This document shows, in pieces, positions 56,609 to 64,000 of a stretch of 64,000 bases of DNA. Positions within the stretch are counted from its first letter, which is position 1, and the number at the start of each line of letters is the position of its first letter. The notes beneath the pieces were generated by a model. That model did not search any database. It was not told the DNA's origin and saw nothing but the letters and a program-made list of their open reading frames with translations. The translations under genes were made by a program, and so were the position numbers. The DNA comes from an uncultured delta proteobacterium. Its GTDB lineage: Bacteria > Desulfobacterota > Binatia > UBA9968. The stretch covers positions 352,001 through 416,000 of the forward strand of contig CAVSHR010000004.1 in assembly GCA_963727625.1 (NCBI GenBank). The letters are read 5' to 3'.

Positions 56609-57588
56609 ACCGTATCCTCGATAATACGTTTTAACCTTTCAAAGGGAACCGCCACCGTGCCGACCTCGTCACCGACAAAGCCGCCGGCCAGATTGGCGAG
56701 CACCGCCGCCTCCTCGTAGGCCGCGCCCCCGGCCAACGCCAGGGCACAAACCGAGACCACCGTATCACCTGCTCCGGTGACATCGAAGACGTCCCGCGGC
56801 GCGGTCGGGAAATGCTTGACCGGCAGGCGCGGACGAAACAAACTCATGCCTTCCGCGCCGCGCGTGATCAGCACCGCCTGCGCACGCCACTTGCGCAGCA
56901 GTTTATTGCCGGCCATACGCAGGGTCTTCTCGTCGATGATCGGGATACCGGCAGCCTCGCTGGCTTCATTCTTATTGGGCGTAATCAGCGTGAGCGATCG
57001 GTAGCGCTCGTAATTTTCCTTTTTAGGATCGACGACGCAAACGATCTTCCTCTTGCCGACTACCGCCACGACGGTGGCGAGAAGCTCCTCATGAATCACT
57101 CCCTTGCCGTAATCGGAAATCACGATCGCGTCCATCCGCGCCGCCTTGGCGGCAATGAAGTCACGCATTTTTTTCAAAGTGGCACGCGCGATAGGTTGGC
57201 GGTTCTCGCGGTCCAGCCGGACGATTTGCTGGTGATGCGGACTGGCGATGACGCGACTTTTCTGAATGGTCTGAAAAGCCGCATCGACGAACACACCGGC
57301 AGTGGAAGCGCCGACCTTTTTGAGCGCGCCGATGATTCTGCCGCCGGCGTCGTCTTTGCCGACGATACCGCAGGCGGTTACCTGTCCTCCCAGCGAGCGC
57401 ACGTTGTGAGCCACGTTCGCCGCCCCACCCAAGCTCGTTTTCTCGGAAACCACTCGAAGCACCGGGACCGGCGCCTCGGGCGAAAGCCGTTCGACATCGC
57501 CCCAAATAAAACGGTCGAGCATTAAATCACCGACCACGAGCAATTGCCGGTCGGCAAAATTATCGAGTATATCCGAAAATCGATTCAT
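56605..57588 (-). CDS. rfaE1: Heptose-7-phosphate kinase
   Basis: GDLMLD, RLSPEAPVPV, SDY.KG, DVTGAGDT. Confidence 0.93.
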   Translation of the reverse strand: MNRFSDILDNFADRQLLVVGDLMLDRFIWGDVERLSPEAPVPVLRVVSEKTSLGGAANVAHNVRSLGGQVTACGIVGKDDAGGRIIGALKKVGASTAGVFVDAAFQTIQKSRVIASPHHQQIVRLDRENRQPIARATLKKMRDFIAAKAARMDAIVISDYGKGVIHEELLATVVAVVGKRKIVCVVDPKKENYERYRSLTLITPNKNEASEAAGIPIIDEKTLRMAGNKLLRKWRAQAVLITRGAEGMSLFRPRLPVKHFPTAPRDVFDVTGAGDTVVSVCALALAGGAAYEEAAVLANLAGGFVGDEVGTVAVPFERLKRIIEDTV

Positions 57589-57609
57589 CGATATGGAATC
57601 AACACAAAA

Positions 57610-58716
57610 TCAAGCTGACGCGTTCAAAAGATCAAAGTAGTAGGACTCGTTTTGTCGCGCCATGTTTTCTAAAGAAAAATGTTGCCGCACCCGCTCGCGC
57701 CCTTGCCGCCCCATCGTCTTAGCGAGCGCCGGGGAGCTTACCAGTTTGGCGATCGCTGAGGCTAGCGAAACGGCTTCGCGGGGCGGCACGAGCAGGCCGG
57801 TGACGCCGTCGACCACCGACTCGGCGAGACCGCCGACGCGGAAGGCTACTACCGGTTTAGCCGCAGCCATCGCTTCCAGGGCGGCCACCCCCAAACCCTC
57901 GAACAACGACGGCATTGCCACCAGATCGATGCCGGCGAGGAACTCCGCCGCGTCGTCGACAAAACCCATGAAGCGCACCTCATCGCGCAAACCCGCGCGC
58001 GCGACATCGGATTCGAGCCGGGCACGCAATGGACCATCGCCGGCGATTTTGTAGTGAATTTTTAAACCTTGCGCTTTCAATCGCGCCGCCGCTTCGATCA
58101 AATAACGGTGCCCCTTGCGCTCATCGAGGCCGCCCAAACAACCGACCACGGTGGCACCGTCTCCGCGTTCTCCCCGCGCGTGCTCCACCTCGAAACGACT
58201 CGTTTCGATGCCGCTGGGGATGTAGCGAATTTTTTGCTGTTCCACGCCGGCGCGCGCGAGCAGATCGGCGATCGCTTGCGAGATCGCCACCACACCATCG
58301 ACGCGCCGATTATATAACCGGTCCGTGAACCAACTGCGCCTTTCCGGATAGTCCATTCGCCGCGTCACCAGGTATTTCGGCCTGCCTCCGACGCGCGGCA
58401 GCCAGAGCGCCAGAGTATGCGCCCGCTTGGTATGAAAATGCACGATGTCGTAAGCCGTCTCGCCGATCAGTCGGCGCAATGCCGGAACGCAGCGCAAATC
58501 GATGTCGTTACGCATGACCAGCGGGAAGGTTCGAACCGCAAGTTTATGGCAGCGGCTAAAAAGCAATCCGCTCGGATGGGCTAAAAGATCGTTGCAATGC
58601 CCCTTGGCTGAGAGATAAGCCAGCAGCCCCAGGACCTGCGCCTCCCCACCACCCCAATTTGTCTCAGGATCGATGTGTAAGATCTTAAGAACGCGGCTAT
58701 CACCGCTTCCGCCCAA
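57610..58716 (-). CDS. Glycosyltransferase family 4
   Basis: WGGGE.Q, RKGH, EGLG...LEAMA. Confidence 0.9.
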   Translation of the reverse strand: MGGSGDSRVLKILHIDPETNWGGGEAQVLGLLAYLSAKGHCNDLLAHPSGLLFSRCHKLAVRTFPLVMRNDIDLRCVPALRRLIGETAYDIVHFHTKRAHTLALWLPRVGGRPKYLVTRRMDYPERRSWFTDRLYNRRVDGVVAISQAIADLLARAGVEQQKIRYIPSGIETSRFEVEHARGERGDGATVVGCLGGLDERKGHRYLIEAAARLKAQGLKIHYKIAGDGPLRARLESDVARAGLRDEVRFMGFVDDAAEFLAGIDLVAMPSLFEGLGVAALEAMAAAKPVVAFRVGGLAESVVDGVTGLLVPPREAVSLASAIAKLVSSPALAKTMGRQGRERVRQHFSLENMARQNESYYFDLLNASA

Positions 58717-59506
58717 GTTTCTGTTTCTCCTCTAGTTCAAGCTCCCAAAGCTTAGCATACTTAAGAAAAACATAAACCGCAGCGCTGAGCGCGACATAAA
58801 ATCCTGCAAACCCCTCCATGAAACCGCGCTTGATTATGTAAGAGCGAAAAAACCGCACGGCTGGCCGCACTAACGCGTCACTCAGTCGCCATCGCCCGCC
58901 CTCTTTCTTGAGCTCCCGGGAGGAAATCTCGGTAAAACGATTGATGCGTTGAAAATGATCTTCAATGTTCCGATAAGAAAAATGGTGCAGCGGATTCCGT
59001 AAACGCCGCACCAGCCCGTCGACGATAATTTTTTCATGGGGGTCCGAACCTCCCCAGGTCGCCCGGTCGCGCCGGAAAAGCCGCACGTCGTAATCCGGGT
59101 ACCACCCCCCACGCCACCACCAACGGCCGAGATAGTAGACCAAACGAGGCACGGCGTATCCAGCGTAGGCGTCGTTTTGCTGTGTTAAGACAGCTATGAT
59201 TTCCCGCTGAAGCTCGGCGGTTACGCGCTCGTCCGAATCGACCAGCAAGACCCAGTCTTTGGTCGCCCGAGAATGAGCGTAGGCTTTTTGGTCGCGATAG
59301 CCGGCCCAGGCGCGCTGAATAAAACGATCGGTGTAGCGCCGGCAAATTTCCGGTGTTCGGTCCGTACTGAAGGAATCGACGACAACGATCTCGTCGCACC
59401 AGCGCAGGCTTTCGAGACAGTCCATGATCCGGTCTTCCTCGTTGAAGCAAACCACAATAGCGGAAACGGCCGCTCTAGAGGAGGAGTTTGTGCGTTCAAC
59501 AACCAT
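58700..59506 (-). CDS. Glycosyltransferase family 2 (WaaE/KdtX-like)
   Basis: NEEDRI..CLESL, VVDSFSTD.T, VDSDE, GWYPD. Confidence 0.9.
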   Translation of the reverse strand: MVVERTNSSSRAAVSAIVVCFNEEDRIMDCLESLRWCDEIVVVDSFSTDRTPEICRRYTDRFIQRAWAGYRDQKAYAHSRATKDWVLLVDSDERVTAELQREIIAVLTQQNDAYAGYAVPRLVYYLGRWWWRGGWYPDYDVRLFRRDRATWGGSDPHEKIIVDGLVRRLRNPLHHFSYRNIEDHFQRINRFTEISSRELKKEGGRWRLSDALVRPAVRFFRSYIIKRGFMEGFAGFYVALSAAVYVFLKYAKLWELELEEKQKLGRKR

Positions 59507-59845
59507 CGCCGTCAGAAGCTAGGGAGAGAATCAGTAAAACGCAAATGACTGCTTCAATCGAGTTTGATCAGAGGTAGCGAACCTTGCCCATTCAGGGCCG
59601 CCAAATAAAAGAGGTTGATGATAGTTATGCCTGCTAGACATGCCCGCAATAGTTGAGACCGTGCAGTGATGTTTTTACTTTGTAAAAATCCGACCTCGTC
59701 GGTGTGGGATACTCACCAAGCATGACATCATCAGCAAGCGAGGATCGCTTCGCCAAATTAAGATCGACGATATCCTCGCCGCTCTAGAGAATCCGGCGCC
59801 CTTACTGGAAACCCGCCGGTCGGGCCCTTCTTCAAGCAGCAGCGT

Positions 59846-60748
59846 CTAGCGATGACCAGTGATTCTTTTGGTCTTCTCGGCGAGCATCGCGCGGTAGTGA
59901 AAGTAGCGACCCTTCGCTCGATACTGTTTGCGGACGTTAGCTCTATACGAATACCACATAAAAGTACACACCGCGCGCATTAGATTCGGTAAGATGGTCG
60001 CAATGGATTGATTCTTATAAATAAGGCGACTCCGACCCTGCTGTTCATGACGCTGCCGGAAAAATCCTTCGGTCAGACGCATCCAGTCGACAACGTGATA
60101 CACGGCAGCTGCAGGGGCATACCCGATCGTACCACCGCTCTGAAGAAGTCGTTTCGCAAACTCCACGTCCTCTGAAATTCCAGAACGGCCGGGGCCAAGT
60201 TCTTCGTTGAAATAGCCGATACGGGGGAACACTTCCTTACGAATTGCCATGTTTGCCCCAGTCAGGGTCTTCAAGGTCGTTAACCTGGGCGAGTACCTCA
60301 CAAAATTGATCGTTCTGAATTTTTGCTGCGCCTCTATAAATTGACGGTTTATTTTCATTTCCGGCGGAATCAGAATGGGTCCCTGCATGGCGTCGTGAGG
60401 TTTTTCTCGGAAAAACTTCGCCGCCTCCCGCAGCCAACTTGGGTCAACGACGACATCATCGTCGAAGAAAGCTAAAACCGCTCCCCGAGCCTGTCTAATC
60501 GCTTTGTTCTGGGCCTTGCATTTGCCCGCTGTCGGCTCCCTCACTTCTCGGAGATAATCTCCGTGGCGCTGACGAAGATTTTCCAAAATTTGGGTAATGC
60601 GTCCGGAAGCCTGTTCGTCGCGACCATTATTGGCAACGATCACCTCGTGTCGCACATCACTGGGTTGGAAATGTTCGATTATGCTATTGAGCAAAAGGAG
60701 GAGAGAATCGCACCGCTCATAGGTGGCAATGATAATACTAAATTCCAT
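59846..60748 (-). CDS. Glycosyltransferase family 2
   Basis: SIIIATY.R, FFDDD, GANMA, ED. Confidence 0.88.
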   Translation of the reverse strand: MEFSIIIATYERCDSLLLLLNSIIEHFQPSDVRHEVIVANNGRDEQASGRITQILENLRQRHGDYLREVREPTAGKCKAQNKAIRQARGAVLAFFDDDVVVDPSWLREAAKFFREKPHDAMQGPILIPPEMKINRQFIEAQQKFRTINFVRYSPRLTTLKTLTGANMAIRKEVFPRIGYFNEELGPGRSGISEDVEFAKRLLQSGGTIGYAPAAAVYHVVDWMRLTEGFFRQRHEQQGRSRLIYKNQSIATILPNLMRAVCTFMWYSYRANVRKQYRAKGRYFHYRAMLAEKTKRITGHR

Positions 60749-60757
60749 GGCGAACCC

Positions 60758-61663
60758 CTACCGAGCATGCAGCTGCCATTGCAATTGATAGAACCGATAC
60801 TTCGTCGCGTACGGGCGCAGCCTAACAGCCTGTTGAATCGCGCGCCGCGCATCATCGTATTGGCCCCGCTTCCAACGTCCTTTTGCCAGACGATAATAAC
60901 GATAAGCTAAACGGCGCGCTATGTTTGATTGCCCCAATATGTTTCGTGCGATCGGATGATCGTTGAGTAATTTGTGAATGACGCGAATGTTTTCGGTCAA
61001 TCTGAGCTCCTCATTTTTGCCGATGTTACCCTCGTGTTTCCGATAAAAGAAAACCACGTCGTCAATGTAAACCACGGGCGAGTTCATAAACAGCCGCAGG
61101 GAAAGATCGAGATCCATGCAAATCCGCAGCGACTCGTCATGACGACCGACGGCATCGTAGACCGTTCTGGAAATCAAGCTGGCCTGCAACCGGACGATGC
61201 TTTTTTCAAAGATGTCTTTGAGACCTACTCCACCAGCGGCTAAACGGCTCGACTTATGCTCCGGTATAATCGTTTCACGACTGTGTTCCGGACCATCCAA
61301 GTATTTACCGTTGGCGAACACCATGCCGATATCAGGATGCATGGTTACGTATTTGAACAGAACCTCCAGATGGTTCGGCGCGCAAAGATCATCCGAATCC
61401 TGGATCGATATCCATGGCGCCCGCGCATGCCGCACGCCAAGATTGCGCGCGGCGGAAGGCCCGCTGTTCTCCTGACGCAAATAACGCAGCTGCGCGCCAT
61501 ACCCCTTTAGCATTTCTTGCGTGTCATCGGTCGATCCGTCGTCGACGACGATCAGTTCGAAATTCTTGAAATTTTGATTAAAAATGCTCTCGATCGTTTC
61601 GCTCAGCAAAGCGGCCCGATTGTAAGTCGCGATGATCACAGATACGGCAGGATTATTGCGCAT
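60758..61663 (-). CDS. Glycosyltransferase family 2
   Basis: VSVIIATYNR, VVDDGSTD, QDSDD. Confidence 0.9.
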   Translation of the reverse strand: MRNNPAVSVIIATYNRAALLSETIESIFNQNFKNFELIVVDDGSTDDTQEMLKGYGAQLRYLRQENSGPSAARNLGVRHARAPWISIQDSDDLCAPNHLEVLFKYVTMHPDIGMVFANGKYLDGPEHSRETIIPEHKSSRLAAGGVGLKDIFEKSIVRLQASLISRTVYDAVGRHDESLRICMDLDLSLRLFMNSPVVYIDDVVFFYRKHEGNIGKNEELRLTENIRVIHKLLNDHPIARNILGQSNIARRLAYRYYRLAKGRWKRGQYDDARRAIQQAVRLRPYATKYRFYQLQWQLHAR

Positions 61664-61674
61664 GGAACGTAAGG

Positions 61675-62607
61675 CTAGATCCCATACCAAGGCCCGGCAG
61701 CGACGCGCGGAGAAAATTTGCCCATGAGATACCCCCAAGACTTCAATATCCGGCCCTCGCTCTTGTAAGCCTTTTGCGTGAGACGGAAAAGACGGTAAAC
61801 GCCGTACCGGCAACAGTTGGCGATCAAATTTGGAAGAACCTTGAAAAGAAGCGAATCGCGCCGGTAAATACTCCGGCTTAATCCTTTGCGATATTGCACT
61901 GAGCGATGATAGGCCCGGCCATAACGGTCGGGATTGAGCTCGTGATAGACGATCGCATGAGGGGTATAGCCGATCTTGAACCCAGCTTTGCGTATACGAA
62001 TAGAGAATTCCGTATCCTCGCTGAAACCAGAAGCCCCCGGTCCCAGCCGTGCGTCAAACCTTCCAACCTTTTCCAAGACATGGCGCTGGAACGACATATT
62101 GGTTCCGGTTAAACCCCGTATCTCGAGGATTTCGGAGCCGTAGTCAATGTGTGGGATGTTGTACTCGCGCAAACGGAGCGGGTCGGCACTCCTTCCGTGG
62201 CGGTCTTTACCCGGCAAGACTTTCCCTTGAAACGCCGAAAACTCGCCTTGCTCGTAGGCCTGCAGATGCTTCACCAAGCACAGTGGGTCTACGAAAACAT
62301 CGTCATCGACAATCATTAGAACGTCGCCGCGAGCCATACTGAGACCCCGGTTTACTGCATTCGACTTGCCGGATAGCTTCTCCTCCACTACTACCAGTCG
62401 ATGGCCCCTGGACAGCGCCATTTCCCGGGCCAGAAGCTCCTTGGTGCGATCCGTGGAGCCATTATTGACTACAACAATCTCGATTTCTGTCCCGTTTAAA
62501 CTCTCACTATTCTTGAGGCTATCGAGCAGTGATTTTAAACTTGCAGCCCGGTTCCGCGTGGGGATGATGACGCTGACGCGCTTGGTCACGAATGCCTCAC
62601 TGAGCAA
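61675..62607 (-). CDS. Glycosyltransferase family 2
   Basis: VSVIIPTRNR, NNGSTD, VDDD, G.NM, ED. Confidence 0.9.
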   Translation of the reverse strand: MLSEAFVTKRVSVIIPTRNRAASLKSLLDSLKNSESLNGTEIEIVVVNNGSTDRTKELLAREMALSRGHRLVVVEEKLSGKSNAVNRGLSMARGDVLMIVDDDVFVDPLCLVKHLQAYEQGEFSAFQGKVLPGKDRHGRSADPLRLREYNIPHIDYGSEILEIRGLTGTNMSFQRHVLEKVGRFDARLGPGASGFSEDTEFSIRIRKAGFKIGYTPHAIVYHELNPDRYGRAYHRSVQYRKGLSRSIYRRDSLLFKVLPNLIANCCRYGVYRLFRLTQKAYKSEGRILKSWGYLMGKFSPRVAAGPWYGI

Positions 62608-63361
62608 TTGAATCCAAATACTTGCGCTCGTTTTCGATCTTGATCTTTGGAAACCACTCGCCTAAAACCCTATTCGAACGGACATCGGATCCTCTCATCC
62701 TACCCGGTGTATTGCCCCAGACACTAAGACCAAAACCGCAAATTGCACATCCGCTGAATTTCATGCCTACTTAATTCCAGACCGAGAATCGCGATACAAT
62801 CAAAAAAACCGGACCCCTTGCTTCTGCTGTAATCCTAATAGACTCATTTTCACTAATTAAGTTCATGGCACCCTCTCCAACGGGCAAGCTTTTGCGAACA
62901 GCACAATCAAAGAAAACCGCGGGCACACCGAGCTAATTTTCTCACCCGACCGTCCCGAAAGCATGCAGCTTCATTTGCTTTCAAATTCAGGGGCTCCCGA
63001 TAAAAACTTATTTCCGCCAAAAAACAGCAGAGAATTTCCCCAATCCATGCAAAAAGTCAATATCAACAGTACCGGCCGTAATTGTGGCCATTTTATTGGC
63101 TAGCGATCGAACCTGTGCTGGACCAGAGTTTGAAAATTACGGAGTTATTCTCGTCAAAGATAGGGTCTATTTGAATGGTAAAATCGTACGCAAGTTTCGC
63201 GGCCAAGTACGATATTTGTCGGAACCCTAAAGGCGGCAGGTTTCGGCGCGAATTCTAAAACTCTACCAAGGGTGAAACACTTGAGAGGCCTAAATTGCAC
63301 TACTTCAACCATTAACGAGGGCATTTTCAACGATGAAATAATGTCGGATCAGGGTTAACTT

Positions 63362-63644
63362 TTACATTTCGTTGGGCAGCAGAATCGGGTGATATTGATG
63401 GCCGGGATGAAGCATGACGACGAAGTCGGCGCCGCCTTGAGCGCTTTTGTGTAACAGGTTTTTTAGATTGTCGCCGTAGCTGTAATTGAGCGCGTGCACG
63501 AAGAACTCGACATTGAGCCCTTTGGCGACCCCAATGTCTTATCCCGGCTGGCGTTATCCACCCAAATCACATGATCGACGTCATGTTTGGGGACCGCGCA
63601 GCTAAGACAACGACAATCTTGAGGTGGTCGTCGCTATCTGACAT
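63362..63644 (-). pseudogene. Degraded GT2 (DPM1-like) gene
   Basis: Fragments KIVVVL.A / VDHVIWVDNASRDKT / NYSYGDN.KTCY / GADFVVMLHPGHQY across frameshifts. Confidence 0.7.
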
Positions 63645-63653
63645 CACTCAACT

Positions 63654-64000
63654 CTAACCCAATTTATACAATAATAGCCGATCCTTCCCTGTTCCGGTAA
63701 ACACTTTTTCCAATCTCAGACCGTATCGCTCGGGCTTGGTCACAATATCCGGGAAAGAATTTTGTAGGGCTTTCGCCTCCGCGGCCAAATAGGCGGGTGC
63801 CTCCGTGCGCAGTTTTGCCGCCAATTCGGAGCGCTTAACGTGGGTCAACGAGACCTTCTTGGCGCCGGCATAGAAAGTAATCCGCCCATCGAGCACGGCA
63901 ACTTTCAGGTCGTCGTTCCGGTTGAGCGTCTTTAAATAGAGACCGGCATCGCGAACATACGCTTTCTCTTGAGATACCGATTTCAAGGTTTTCGGCAGCG
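63654..64000 (-). CDS. C-terminal part of a protein starting beyond the window (possibly a membrane glycosyltransferase)
   Basis: Open frame to the window edge; D.RITFYAG motif; glycosyltransferase cluster context. Confidence 0.5.
   Translation of the reverse strand, partial: LPKTLKSVSQEKAYVRDAGLYLKTLNRNDDLKVAVLDGRITFYAGAKKVSLTHVKRSELAAKLRTEAPAYLAAEAKALQNSFPDIVTKPERYGLRLEKVFTGTGKDRLLLYKLG

Overview
Bacterial chromosomal window, ~55-60% GC; the gene content suggests a deltaproteobacteria-like lineage such as Ca. Binatia (inference only). 1-8.5 kb: substrate-binding proteins and an RpiR-regulated catabolic cluster. 8.5-29.7 kb: an all-minus-strand accessory locus combining SOS genes with two integron platforms. 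In transcription order: lexA (perfect CTG-N10-CAG operator), tcmP-like + DUF5131, a short relic of an intI 3' end, attI/Pc, 4 cassettes (two TA pairs), imuA, imuB, a four-helix-bundle gene, higA, hicB, frameshifted hicA, a partial higA copy, an intact intI, attI/Pc and about 12 cassettes. Both arrays lie downstream of, and co-oriented with, intI (inverted-type integrons) and share a ~130-bp attI-Pc module. Array 1 includes a 52-bp ORF-less, self-complementary micro-cassette and a RAYT-type transposase inside 23-bp inverted repeats. Short GTTCAA-type tandem arrays (mostly 9-bp period) bracket accessory genes in inverted orientation and also sit in frame within imuB. 29.7-64 kb: housekeeping genes (pheA-hisC-tyrA-aroA-cmk-rpsA-sppA-ihfB, miaA-mutL, ubiD-like, rpmB, spoT-gmk-yicC, rfaE halves, glycosyltransferases) and two pseudogenes. 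No rRNA, tRNA or CRISPR array was seen. All family assignments are by motif recognition, not database search.
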